Part shown: positions 1 to 8,972 of the stretch, piece by piece
How the letters are laid out: each line of letters starts with the position of its first letter
How positions within the stretch are numbered: the first letter of the stretch is position 1
From: an uncultured Nitrososphaerota archaeon
GTDB taxonomy: Archaea; Thermoproteota; Nitrososphaeria; Nitrososphaerales; CADDZS01
Direction: 5' to 3'
DNA length: 64,000 nt
Assembly (NCBI GenBank): GCA_963799845.1
Contig: CAWCYI010000006.1
Span: 672,001 to 736,000 of the forward strand
Program-made: the position numbers and the translations under genes
The notes under the pieces: model-generated
What the model saw: the letters and a program-made list of their open reading frames with translations, nothing else
Database searches by the model: none
What the model was told of the DNA's origin: nothing

Positions 1-347
1 GCTTTCTTGAAAAATCCGGTATCGAAAAGATTAGGGAGACCATGCTAAATCTGATGTCCGGAATCTCTGTCGAGACTGCAGTTCAGGTCTGTCAAGAAAT
101 GGAAAAGCTGGACATCACTTCTGACCTTCCAAAGATCAAAAGCCCAACCCTGATTATGGGTACGGAGGGGGACGTCGTAAGTCCACTAGACATGGAGGAG
201 TCTGGAATAGGTGGCAGGAAGGTTTCGGAGATGATTCCAAATGCGAAGCTCAAGATCTGGGAAGGAATCGGGCACGCGGATATGATTGAGATTCCTGAAA
301 AGTCCGTCACATTCATCATTGAATTTCTGAAATCGAACGACCACTGA
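1..347 (+). CDS. alpha/beta hydrolase, C-terminal part (5' end outside window)
   Basis: LPKIKSPTLIMGTEGD and WEGIGHAD match the acid and His motifs of the alpha/beta-hydrolase fold. Confidence 0.75.
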   Translation, partial: FLEKSGIEKIRETMLNLMSGISVETAVQVCQEMEKLDITSDLPKIKSPTLIMGTEGDVVSPLDMEESGIGGRKVSEMIPNAKLKIWEGIGHADMIEIPEKSVTFIIEFLKSNDH

Positions 348-361
348 ATTGTCATGCAAGT

Positions 362-1930
362 TCAAGTGATGTAGTGAAGTTTCGTGTGCATCGACAGCTG
401 GATGTCCGTGGGAAACCGCCTGCCGCAATTATGCACAATGGCATTGGAAATAAGGTAGGTGTTGTCCGATGTAGCCAAATTGTGGACAGCACCTGAATAA
501 TTTTCCCGAGTAATTTGGCGTATTGGAGACAAGATCTTCTCCTGAAAAAATTGTACCCTTTGGCGCTTGAGGTTAGGCTCAAGGGGATATGTTATAGAAT
601 ACTTTGCTCGAAAAGAGCAACTCCGTCCCATATTAAATCCCTCACGGACTTGATGACGAATGCCAACGCTGGCCCAAACGCCTAACCTAGAATAAGCCAA
701 TTGTAGCTGTTGAGCGAGGATTTTCGAGACCGTAGAGCTGCTTCTGTAGCCCTTGCTTCTATTGGATCGTTTTGTTTGCGTATAACTATCCCCCGCTTCG
801 TAACCTCGCAGGAATCCCTCAAGAATACTGGTATCATAATGGCACAGAATGAAATCAGGTATCCTTTTGTTAGGAGCCGTATGTCCGCACCAATTATCAA
901 AAGCCCGAGCTAATACTCTTGAAGGGATACTGAGAAGCATTGAATTTGCTACCACAGAATGATTAACATATATCGAATATCCAAGCTCTTCAGCAATTTT
1001 GGTGACCTTGACCCTGATTTCTTCCTCATCGCTGCTGAGGGAGAAACGTGCTTCTTTCTTGGTTGCTGAGCCCTCAGCAGTATATAGCCCAAGCAGCCAA
1101 GCAGTCTCTACCGTAAGAGGAAAATCCGTTCGGTATCCTTTGTGTTGTGGTTTGTGTTTAATTATGAATGGAGAAAGACTAGCTTGGTAGCTTTCGAATG
1201 TTCCTTTTATGATAGGCATTACTACATAGTTACCATCAGTCTCGTATGTTTTCGCTACAAGATCCTTTGCCTGAACCCATAACTCCGGCGAGAGCTGAAT
1301 CTGATATCGATACTGTCCAGCTCGATGCAGATTGATTGTCCGGCTATTTGATATTAGGATTGGGTGCTCCGGAGTTGTTGTTATCGGCAACATGCCATTA
1401 GCTTTTATCGTTATGACTTCTCCTTTGTAAGGTCGTGAGAATGTACCCAACACCAAGGTGAGCCCAGTTTGGCCCATGACGGTGTTCCCTTCAGTGTATT
1501 CAGCTATCGGTTTGTTGTCTCCCAAAATTAGCGTGTCAGGTAAAACGCAGTGAGGACATTCGAAGACTCCCTCGGGGACTCTGGGAGTTTCTTCGATCTG
1601 AGCCATCCACTTCGGGAGCTTCGTTCCCGGAATCCGCTCGATCTCGTATTTTGCCTTTGACCTTCTTCTTAGCCTGAAAGCCGATGTGATGTTCAGATTT
1701 TCGAAAATTATCGACATGCCGTTTTCAAAGTCCCTGATCAGCTCGTGGGCATTTCGCGGCTCAAGATCGTCGTCCATAACGACGATTTCATGCATCTTTA
1801 CAAAAGCCGGCACGTCCCATCGGTTCTGGATCTCGAAGGCGATCTGCGCGAGCTGTTTTTCTGAAATATGGTCGGTTCGCAGAATGATCAGTGATAAAAA
1901 TCTCCCGGACTCGATCACTGAATTGGACAC
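362..1930 (-). CDS. C2H2 zinc-finger protein precursor containing an intein (spliced product ~148 aa)
   Basis: Removing aa128-501 joins FECPH to CGRRFPTDIQLSMHTKLH, giving C-x2-C-x12-H-x3-H. Confidence 0.9.
   Translation of the reverse strand: MSNSVIESGRFLSLIILRTDHISEKQLAQIAFEIQNRWDVPAFVKMHEIVVMDDDLEPRNAHELIRDFENGMSIIFENLNITSAFRLRRRSKAKYEIERIPGTKLPKWMAQIEETPRVPEGVFECPHCVLPDTLILGDNKPIAEYTEGNTVMGQTGLTLVLGTFSRPYKGEVITIKANGMLPITTTPEHPILISNSRTINLHRAGQYRYQIQLSPELWVQAKDLVAKTYETDGNYVVMPIIKGTFESYQASLSPFIIKHKPQHKGYRTDFPLTVETAWLLGLYTAEGSATKKEARFSLSSDEEEIRVKVTKIAEELGYSIYVNHSVVANSMLLSIPSRVLARAFDNWCGHTAPNKRIPDFILCHYDTSILEGFLRGYEAGDSYTQTKRSNRSKGYRSSSTVSKILAQQLQLAYSRLGVWASVGIRHQVREGFNMGRSCSFRAKYSITYPLEPNLKRQRVQFFQEKILSPIRQITRENYSGAVHNLATSDNTYLISNAIVHNCGRRFPTDIQLSMHTKLHYIT
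428..1549 (-). mobile_element. Intein (374 aa) with LAGLIDADG homing endonuclease
   Basis: Block A CVLPDT, block B TTPEHPI, LAGLIDADG motifs LLGLYTAEGS and FLRGYEAGDS, block F VHNLAT, block G IVHN followed by +1 Cys. Confidence 0.93.
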
Positions 1931-2019
1931 GGGTTACTTTACTATTTTCCTCGAAATTTGAGGCTGCGGACAACATGCTTAAATTAGAAGATCAGACCTT
2001 TTTGCGCTACTTTCCGTTT

Positions 2020-2114
2020 GCCGAGGTAGCTCAGCCTGGGAGAGCACCCGAAAGAACTTCTTGGTGAAGCTGAAGACCGGGCTGTCGTGTGTTCAAGTCA
2101 CACCCTCGGCACCA
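2020..2114 (+). tRNA. tRNA-Phe(GAA) with an 18-nt intron at non-canonical position 30/31 (2051-2068); CCA encoded
   Basis: Acceptor GCCGAGG/CCTCGGC, D-arm GCTC/GAGC, T-arm GTGTG-TTCAAGT-CACAC; removing the intron restores CCCGG-CTGAAGA-CCGGG; perfect BHB motif. Confidence 0.93.
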
Positions 2115-2145
2115 GTTGCCTATTTTCAATTACTCGTAAGAACTG

Positions 2146-3630
2146 TCAATCGCCCGGATCATCATTTCCGCTGTAATTCAATGCCTGAGACAGTGATTCA
2201 TTTATCCCGACGTTCGGATTGAATACAGTCAGATTTTGCGAGCCGAAAGTAATCGGTGAAAAAGTGCAGGCGGTCGGACAGGAGCTTAGAGGATAGGTAA
2301 CACCCGTACTTGACAAGAGAAGAGGAGGGAGAGGCGTCTGAGCGAAGTTTAACATGTAAAACAGGTTCGGTTCGTTGCCGTCCCGATCGGTCAAGTTCGC
2401 TAACCCCCAGTTATACTCTATTGTGCTGAGAAACGCCGAAAAATCCTCCTGGTTTATGCTCTTGAATTTCGTGCCGTAGTTGTAAGAAGGAGCCTCCACG
2501 AGTGCTCCCGATCTGGAGTATGGTGATATTGCGATGAGCGGCACCCTGAAGCCCTCGCCCGCAGTGTCGAATTGAAGCGGGACAATACCATCATAGTAAC
2601 CTCCCCAATCGTCCTCGGTGAAAAATATCACAGTGGACGACCACTCGGGACTCTTCTCGATCAAATTGATTATAGACGAAACGTACTTCTGCCCGTTGGC
2701 CCAAGTCGATTGGCCGGCGTGATCACTGACCTGCGGTTCAGGGATGACCCATGAAACGGCAGGAAGAGTATTCGAGGAGATGGCGGTCTCGAGATCTTTC
2801 ATGCTGAGCAGGCTCTTACATTCGGTAGGTTGCATCTGAACTTGGGTAAAGTCAGTCAGGCCTGACCAGAACGAATCGTAACCGTGAACATTGGCTCCAA
2901 TAAATTTGGGTGTGTATGGAGTGCTGGGACAGTCAATGGCATCGTTCCAGTTGTACTGGTAGTACCCCCAAGAAATCTCATTCTGGGTAAGTAACTGCCC
3001 TATTTGAGGGAAGGTCAGATTGTACTGCGTCACGCAAGGATCGCAGGTGCCCAGAGGGCCGGCGCTGGCAGCGACGGTAAACAGGTGATTCGGCAGGCTC
3101 GAGTCCATCGAACTAGACATGAAATTATAGTTCAGCGTATAATACTCGGCATAGTCCCAGTAGTAGGGAAGCGTCTTTCCCGTATAGTACGCCATGGAGT
3201 AATTTTTTACGCTGGATGAAAGAGTTTCTACAAAGCCGTTCATCGCGCCATTGTTGTAGTCAGTTAAGGCAGATTTTCGGGTATGTGGAATGTCCATTCC
3301 CTGAACGGTCGTTTGCTTGGTATCTGCGTCCCAAGGCTTGATGCACGGTGTCGTCGCCGGGGGCTTGTCGGGGATGCACGTGTTCAGATTCAGCCCGAAT
3401 CCGCTCGGTAGCCCGGGGTAAACTCCGAACATGTTATCGAAGGCGTGATTTTCCTGAACGATGAACACTATGTGTTGTATTGGAGTTTTAGGCGCCGGAG
3501 CCAGAGCGAAAGACGATGCATCGAACCGATTGTAGCTCGACGAAGAAAAAATTACGAGAATGACGACAAGTGAAGTAACCACGAAAAACTTCAAGCCGTT
3601 CTTGACACCAGCGTTGTCGAAATTCAACAA
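2146..3630 (-). CDS. secreted phosphoesterase / phospholipase C (AcpA-like, alkaline phosphatase superfamily)
   Basis: N-terminal hydrophobic signal; PIQHIVFIVQENHAFDNMFG, SLPNHL, EDDWGGYYD and GFRVPLIAISPY motifs. Confidence 0.85.
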   Translation of the reverse strand: MLNFDNAGVKNGLKFFVVTSLVVILVIFSSSSYNRFDASSFALAPAPKTPIQHIVFIVQENHAFDNMFGVYPGLPSGFGLNLNTCIPDKPPATTPCIKPWDADTKQTTVQGMDIPHTRKSALTDYNNGAMNGFVETLSSSVKNYSMAYYTGKTLPYYWDYAEYYTLNYNFMSSSMDSSLPNHLFTVAASAGPLGTCDPCVTQYNLTFPQIGQLLTQNEISWGYYQYNWNDAIDCPSTPYTPKFIGANVHGYDSFWSGLTDFTQVQMQPTECKSLLSMKDLETAISSNTLPAVSWVIPEPQVSDHAGQSTWANGQKYVSSIINLIEKSPEWSSTVIFFTEDDWGGYYDGIVPLQFDTAGEGFRVPLIAISPYSRSGALVEAPSYNYGTKFKSINQEDFSAFLSTIEYNWGLANLTDRDGNEPNLFYMLNFAQTPLPPLLLSSTGVTYPLSSCPTACTFSPITFGSQNLTVFNPNVGINESLSQALNYSGNDDPGD

Positions 3631-3756
3631 AGGAGTACTATTAATGCCTGTTGGCCTCAGAGACCTTCCCGAAAAAATGCTTTAAGACTGAGTAAAATGC
3701 TGTGAGATCTGAGGATTCCTAAGGATACTGGTCAGCCCTCATGACCCACGTCGCGC

Positions 3757-3790
3757 AAAAATAAAGAAGAGAAGGCCTAGCGGCCCTCGC
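3757..3790 (-). terminator. putative hairpin plus T-tract terminator of a minus-strand transcript
   Basis: Minus strand reads GAGGGCC-GCTA-GGCCTTC followed by TCTTCTTTATTTTT. Confidence 0.4.
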
Positions 3791-3819
3791 ATCAGTTTTG
3801 AATTTAGCTTTCCTACTTG

Positions 3820-4012
3820 TTACTCAGCCCTTCAACCGAGAGTTATCGTCATCGTGAAGTTCATATCGTCACTGCTTGTAGTCGTTACCATTGGTCCTCG
3901 GCCTGTAGTTCCCTTCAGCCCACCGGACGTGGGGAATACTGATTTCATTAGCCTTCATTTTGGCGCCCGATCGGCCTTCAGATTCACCTCTTTATCCCCA
4001 AGGCAAATCTGA
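3820..4012 (-). ncRNA. candidate structured non-coding RNA (no family recognised)
   Basis: Several stems plus repeated UGAAG/UGACGA/CUGA motifs in an interval without an ORF of 60 aa or more; see findings. Confidence 0.3.
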
Positions 4013-4024
4013 TTCGTCGTCAAT

Positions 4025-4390
4025 CTAGAATATCCAGAAACCCTTGAATTTGGTCTCCTGGATCGCCCTTGTTAGGGCATCGACTATCCTTCCTTCTTCC
4101 GCTCCCTCGTATTCAAGAACGAGTAGGCCGGTGCTCGTCGCTGGAAACATTATTGGGAGTTTTTCCACTATTAGCTGACTCTGCTTTCGGATATTCTCCC
4201 GGAATCTATCTTTCTTGACAAGCTCCCGCGGTGTTGTTGTCAAGGTCACTCTGTATCCGCTCAAAGTGTTTGCAGAGAAATCGACAGTGCCGGCGCCCAC
4301 AAGAGATTTGCCAACTTTTTCTCTCTGGACTCGCTCGACATCGAAAGAGACAGGCTTGCCATCTTTCGACAAAACTACTTGTTTTGTCAT
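4025..4390 (-). CDS. hypothetical protein
   Basis: 121-aa ATG ORF with protein-like composition; no motif recognised. Confidence 0.7.
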   Translation of the reverse strand: MTKQVVLSKDGKPVSFDVERVQREKVGKSLVGAGTVDFSANTLSGYRVTLTTTPRELVKKDRFRENIRKQSQLIVEKLPIMFPATSTGLLVLEYEGAEEGRIVDALTRAIQETKFKGFWIF

Positions 4391-4700
4391 CCTGAAGAGA
4401 TTGTGACTACATCCTTATTTGGATTCGCCATGTCCGTCGCAATTTTACCGTAATCTTGTGCTAATCATGGGATAGATCCCAGCAATCTAACGAATTTTAA
4501 TACCCCAAAATCTTTCTGAAAAAACCCAACGAGTTCCGACAGCGCGAACCAATATATTTCATGTAATCTCTGCGGGCAGACTCTATTTGTACAGGTTTAG
4601 GAGCGAATTGGGCCAGCGCCACTAGGCCAATGAATTAGCAATTGTTCGGACTCTTTCCTTATGCTTAAATCCACGAACATAATTCATCCAGCTATTCAAA

Positions 4701-5489
4701 TTGTTCTGTCCCAAATGCGGCCAAGAAAACGCTAATGATGCAACTTTTTGCCAGAAATGTGGAGCTGACTTGAAGATGAGTAATGCCACGACCGGAGGTC
4801 CTGCAACGGGAGGTGGAACGCCCAGTTCTACCCCGCCGCCAACATACTCTGGCGCGAACCCCATGCCGAGCTCATTCAACATAATGGCGACCTTCAAGCA
4901 TGCGATTGATCTTGTGAAAAGCCCTGCTTCCGTCATGACGGCCTACAAGGATACGGACACGCCGTTAAACTCGCTCATGATTCATTACGTAGCTATCTTG
5001 GCTATTATCCCATTAGTAGGTACTTTGATCGGCGATCTTTGGTACTATGGCATTTTCGGCTATCTTGGATTTGCCGGCGCCGCTGGTTACGGTTATGCAT
5101 TCTTCTCGGCAATTCTCGGCTATATCCTTGACATCATTGCAGTTTTTGTTGTCGGATTTGTTGCCTGGAAATTGGCACCTAATTTTGGAACCACGACGAC
5201 TCAGGTTCGAGCAACCAGATTGGCTGCGTACGCCTTCACTCCGTACTTTCTGCTTTCAATTCTAAACATTATTCCATTCATTGGGTTTTTGTCTATCCTC
5301 GGATTGTTGTATGGATTGTACGTCCTTTACATAGGCTTGCCGATATTGCTAGGCACGCCTCAAGACAAGGCTCTCATTTACACCATAGTGGTCGTCATAG
5401 CCGTCGTTATCGTCTACGCTGTGATAGGTGCAATCATAGCCGCAGTCGCCTTCGCAATTTTCGCTCATTCATTGGGATTCGTTTTCTAG
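4701..5489 (+). CDS. zinc-ribbon + Yip1-domain membrane protein
   Basis: FCPKCG...FCQKCG ribbon, P/G/T linker, ~5 TM helices with LAAYAFTP and LYGLYVLYIG. Confidence 0.85.
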   Translation: MFCPKCGQENANDATFCQKCGADLKMSNATTGGPATGGGTPSSTPPPTYSGANPMPSSFNIMATFKHAIDLVKSPASVMTAYKDTDTPLNSLMIHYVAILAIIPLVGTLIGDLWYYGIFGYLGFAGAAGYGYAFFSAILGYILDIIAVFVVGFVAWKLAPNFGTTTTQVRATRLAAYAFTPYFLLSILNIIPFIGFLSILGLLYGLYVLYIGLPILLGTPQDKALIYTIVVVIAVVIVYAVIGAIIAAVAFAIFAHSLGFVF

Positions 5490-5573
5490 ATTTCCGATAG
5501 GCTACTCGCTCGCGAACTAAGAACGAGAAGCGAGCATAAATAAGACCTCGTAGTATCTTAGTGTGGACTCTGC

Positions 5574-5927
5574 ATGAAACTCGCTTATGGAGAAGGAGTA
5601 CTAGTTGCCATTCTCGCGCCGTTCGTGGTTCTTCTGTTTGGAAAAATCAATCTGTTTGAAACATTCTTTTTGATTTTTGCCCTGCTAGGTGTTTGGACAC
5701 TAGTTTCTGCGTTTACACTAGCGATCGCGCATGACAGGTTCTTCTATGTCGCCTGGGGGCTAATCCTCGCCAGCTTTTCAAGCGCTTTCATAACTCGGAT
5801 TCAGTACGCGGTGGCTCTGATCATTCTTGCCATAATCGCTTCAATATTGATCAACGTCGCGACCAGAAAAAATCAGCCCAAGAAAAGTCAAGTCAAGGTA
5901 GACCAGAACAAACCTAGCCCAGCCTGA
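5574..5927 (+). CDS. small membrane protein (~4 TM)
   Basis: Hydrophobic segments and a basic C-terminal tail. Confidence 0.7.
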   Translation: MKLAYGEGVLVAILAPFVVLLFGKINLFETFFLIFALLGVWTLVSAFTLAIAHDRFFYVAWGLILASFSSAFITRIQYAVALIILAIIASILINVATRKNQPKKSQVKVDQNKPSPA

Positions 5928-6252
5928 ATCGCCTAAACTCGTACTTCTCGAGATTTATCTTTCCGTTTCGGATTGCAATTCCCTCCTTTCTGAGAAGCCG
6001 TGCCTTAGTGACGGTTCCCTCCTCTCCATAGCCGCCGATTGTTCCGTCCGATTTTATTACTCGGTGGCAGGGAATTTTTTCGTTTGGATAGCGGCACTGC
6101 CTCATAGCCCAACCGACAGCCCTCGAACCTCTCGGATTGCCGAGAAATCTTGCGACCGCAGAATAAGAGGTAACTTTACCGCGCGGAACTTGGGCGACTA
6201 CCTTGTAGACGAGCTCGAAAAAATTCTCCGGCAACGATGCTTGTAAGATCAA
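5914..6252 (-). CDS. ogt: O6-methylguanine-DNA methyltransferase family protein (single domain)
   Basis: VPRGKVTSY, RAVGWAM and active-site PCHRV. Confidence 0.85.
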   Translation of the reverse strand: MILQASLPENFFELVYKVVAQVPRGKVTSYSAVARFLGNPRGSRAVGWAMRQCRYPNEKIPCHRVIKSDGTIGGYGEEGTVTKARLLRKEGIAIRNGKINLEKYEFRRFRLG

Positions 6253-6394
6253 GTGCGTATTCTATTTTTTCCTATTCGCCCGTTTTCCCTTGAACTTCTT
6301 GGCTCAACGGATCGACTCCGATTCAAGACCTTTCATAAGACTAGGAGTGAAAGTGCGGCTTTATCCATCCTATACTTTCATGGCGTAACCATGA

Positions 6395-6733
6395 TCACTG
6401 TACTTCAATATTCGAGGCAGAGTAACCCAGCTTTATGAGGACTTGCTTTGCCTCTTCTCTCTTGTCGCCCTGCAATATGACCTGACCGTCCTTCGCTGAC
6501 CCGCCGGTTGCAAGGCTTTTCTTCAGTTCGTGGGCGACTTTCTGCAACTCTCCTCTTTCGGTAGGCAGCCCAATTATCAAAGTGGTAGGCTTTCTGAACC
6601 TTCGCGTTTCCTCCCTGATGATTATTCTGACCTGATCGCGATCGAGTTCCCGAAGATAATCGCCGAACGCAACGTCCTCGATTTCTTTGTCTGAGTCCGA
6701 TGATGATGATACCAACGGATTATTCCTTGACAT
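6395..6733 (-). CDS. sui1: translation initiation factor aIF1/SUI1
   Basis: RRFRKPTT, ELKKSLATGGSAKDG and LQGD motifs of the SUI1/YciH family. Confidence 0.9.
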   Translation of the reverse strand: MSRNNPLVSSSSDSDKEIEDVAFGDYLRELDRDQVRIIIREETRRFRKPTTLIIGLPTERGELQKVAHELKKSLATGGSAKDGQVILQGDKREEAKQVLIKLGYSASNIEVQ

Positions 6734-6830
6734 AAAGCTACATTAAACGATGTCGCTTCTAATATAGTAGGCAGTTGTTAGAATCGAAGTTAGTAAAGTC
6801 GTTCTTACTTCTAGAAGCAAAGCCCCCGAC

Positions 6831-8630
6831 TTAGATTATGGCAACTACTACTGTGACGAGTACTGCCAATAAGCCCAGGGCCTGCGCACCTTGTTTCGCA
6901 TGCATGCTCGTTTCGTCCAATAGTCCAGAGAAATTGTTGAGAATCTCGCCTCCGATTGTCCTTATCATTCCGTCCGAAACCGAAGTCGAATAGATGCCGT
7001 GGCCAAGTCTTGATCGTGCCCTTTGAAATAACAGTTCAAGGGTCGAAGCGAACTCCTCAGGAGTACTGACCTCACCTAGCGCGAGATAGCCCTTCGCGTT
7101 GCTCGCTTTCGCCGCGGTTACGTGCGTGTCGGATGTGCAGATCTCCAAGATTCTTACGGAGGAATTTGTCTCGAATTTTTCAATAACTTCGGCCCGGAAT
7201 CCAATTCTTGCATTATTGGCATCGACAACCACAAGACAAAATCTCGAATCTTTGATCTCGAACAATAAAAAGCCGATTCCCGCCGGGCCGACGTCTCCTC
7301 TATTTTCAGTACCTAACTCGGAACTGTGAGCAAATCCGAACTTGAAATCAGACTGATTTTCGATGGAGACTTGGTGGAGGACTTCCTTGGCAGCTTTGAT
7401 CAAGTCATTAGTGTCGACTTCGTTTGGTTTTTCGCCGAGTGAATTGTGAGAATCAATAATAAGAGATGGCTCGAACCCGAGTCTCTTTGATTCGTTGTAA
7501 ATTTCCTCCCGTATTCTTCCTGGAAGATCCTCCATCCCATCAGGGGCAAGAGTGAGAGTTACTAACAGGGTTTTTCCCAGTGCAAAGCCGGATGCTGTGG
7601 CTTTGTTGTTCTTTATAGTGACGGGGAGACTCATCGTCTTACCCGAATCGATTGTTATCTTATCTTGGAGGCTCGCAATGTATTTGCGCACTTCCTGCTT
7701 CGAAGGAAGGTTTAGGTCGTGGTCTGAGATTGAGTGAAATGTCAGTGGGATTGTATCGTCAGTTCTCAAGGATTCGTAAATATCCCCCGGCAGGTTACTT
7801 GATCCAACCGGAGAAAAAGGCCCAGGATGGATTCCTGGAACTACCAAGAGAGCAACCGGATTTTTCGCACCATTGTTCAGCGACTCCAAACGGATGAAAG
7901 TAGTGCTAACATTTCGTTCTTCGCTGGAAATCTGAAAATAGTGCTCAAGATCCTCGGGATCGTCAGCAGTCCAGGCATTCAAAAAGGCCTGTAAAAGCTG
8001 GAGCGCCCTAAATCCATCCAAGGGCTTGTTGATTATAGAAAGGTAGACCTCAATTCCAGCGATTAATACGAACCCGCCAACTATTGCTACAATAGTGTAC
8101 GTGGAATAGAGCGAGACAGCCTTAAGCGACAATGCTACTGGAAATAGAAGAATAATAGGCTGGGCTATTGCTAGCGGCAACCCATTGAGCGGTTTTGGGT
8201 AAAAGACTGCGCCGAACACCAGCGCTCGAAATGAGATCGCAAAAAAAGCTCCTAGAAGTACTAGAGAGAAAAATCTGCCCTCACTCTTTGGCGCGGCGTA
8301 AATAATCACGCCGACAATTGAACTTATGAACCACAGCATGTTGCTGATTATCGATATTGTCGAGAGTCGGCGGAAACTTGCGATCTTGTTGCTTTTCAGC
8401 ACAAGATTATCGATTTCTATTCCAAAAATGAGTGCAGCTTCAGTTGCAATCGCGTAAATTATTGTGCGCTCGATTCCCGCTCCAAGGACCCACCTAGTGA
8501 CAAGTTCGATTGCGATGGTCGGTAAACTGGCGAAAAATATGGATAGACTAGTCGAAGGAAGGCGGAAGAGGTAGGCATACCGCCTTTGCAAGTTTCCAGT
8601 AGAGTTCTTCTCCAGCTCGACGGTTGACAA
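6831..8630 (-). CDS. DUF2070 family membrane protein
   Basis: N-terminal TM region; PGIHPGPF, HDLN, IDSHNS, DANN and TSDTH motifs; adjacent to Sec61beta. Confidence 0.85.
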   Translation of the reverse strand: MSTVELEKNSTGNLQRRYAYLFRLPSTSLSIFFASLPTIAIELVTRWVLGAGIERTIIYAIATEAALIFGIEIDNLVLKSNKIASFRRLSTISIISNMLWFISSIVGVIIYAAPKSEGRFFSLVLLGAFFAISFRALVFGAVFYPKPLNGLPLAIAQPIILLFPVALSLKAVSLYSTYTIVAIVGGFVLIAGIEVYLSIINKPLDGFRALQLLQAFLNAWTADDPEDLEHYFQISSEERNVSTTFIRLESLNNGAKNPVALLVVPGIHPGPFSPVGSSNLPGDIYESLRTDDTIPLTFHSISDHDLNLPSKQEVRKYIASLQDKITIDSGKTMSLPVTIKNNKATASGFALGKTLLVTLTLAPDGMEDLPGRIREEIYNESKRLGFEPSLIIDSHNSLGEKPNEVDTNDLIKAAKEVLHQVSIENQSDFKFGFAHSSELGTENRGDVGPAGIGFLLFEIKDSRFCLVVVDANNARIGFRAEVIEKFETNSSVRILEICTSDTHVTAAKASNAKGYLALGEVSTPEEFASTLELLFQRARSRLGHGIYSTSVSDGMIRTIGGEILNNFSGLLDETSMHAKQGAQALGLLAVLVTVVVAII

Positions 8631-8751
8631 TTCTCGTTGTGTCCGGCTTTCCTAATCAATGCAATTGGAGGGGATAAAACAAAAGCGTTCGCTGCTCTGT
8701 TGCAGCACTCGGAAGCGTAAGTAAGAGAATGAAATCTTGGCCGACAGGAAC

Positions 8752-8922
8752 TTAGGATCGGGCGACCGGCAAAATTATTGTGATAATAATCAGCGCCGCG
8801 GCAAAGATGATGACGTATTCGGGTCTGATCTTAATCCCCTGAGTCTCATCCTCAAAGAACCTGAGAAGACCCGCGCTTGAAGCTGGCATCGGTGCCTTGT
8901 TCTTATCTTTCTTTGCACTCAT
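8752..8922 (-). CDS. secG: preprotein translocase subunit Sec61beta (56 aa; missing from the ORF track)
   Basis: Manual translation MSAKKDKNKAPMPASSAGLLRFFEDETQGIKIRPEYVIIFAAALIIITIILPVARS contains the AGL-RFF-E motif and a C-terminal TM helix. Confidence 0.9.
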   Translation of the reverse strand: MSAKKDKNKAPMPASSAGLLRFFEDETQGIKIRPEYVIIFAAALIIITIILPVARS

Positions 8923-8972
8923 GACTAAGTTCAGCTGAAGTACGTGTTATTCGATTTGACGAAGATAAATGC

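Noticed and set aside
4701-5489. Yip1 domain and ESCRT-III as an Asgard-like eukaryotic signature
   Set aside because: Both families are already known in non-Asgard prokaryotes (CdvB in TACK archaea); nothing else here points to Asgard archaea
5914-6252. Non-catalytic alkyltransferase-like (ATL) protein
   Set aside because: The active-site Cys is retained (PCHRV), so it is likely a true methyl acceptor
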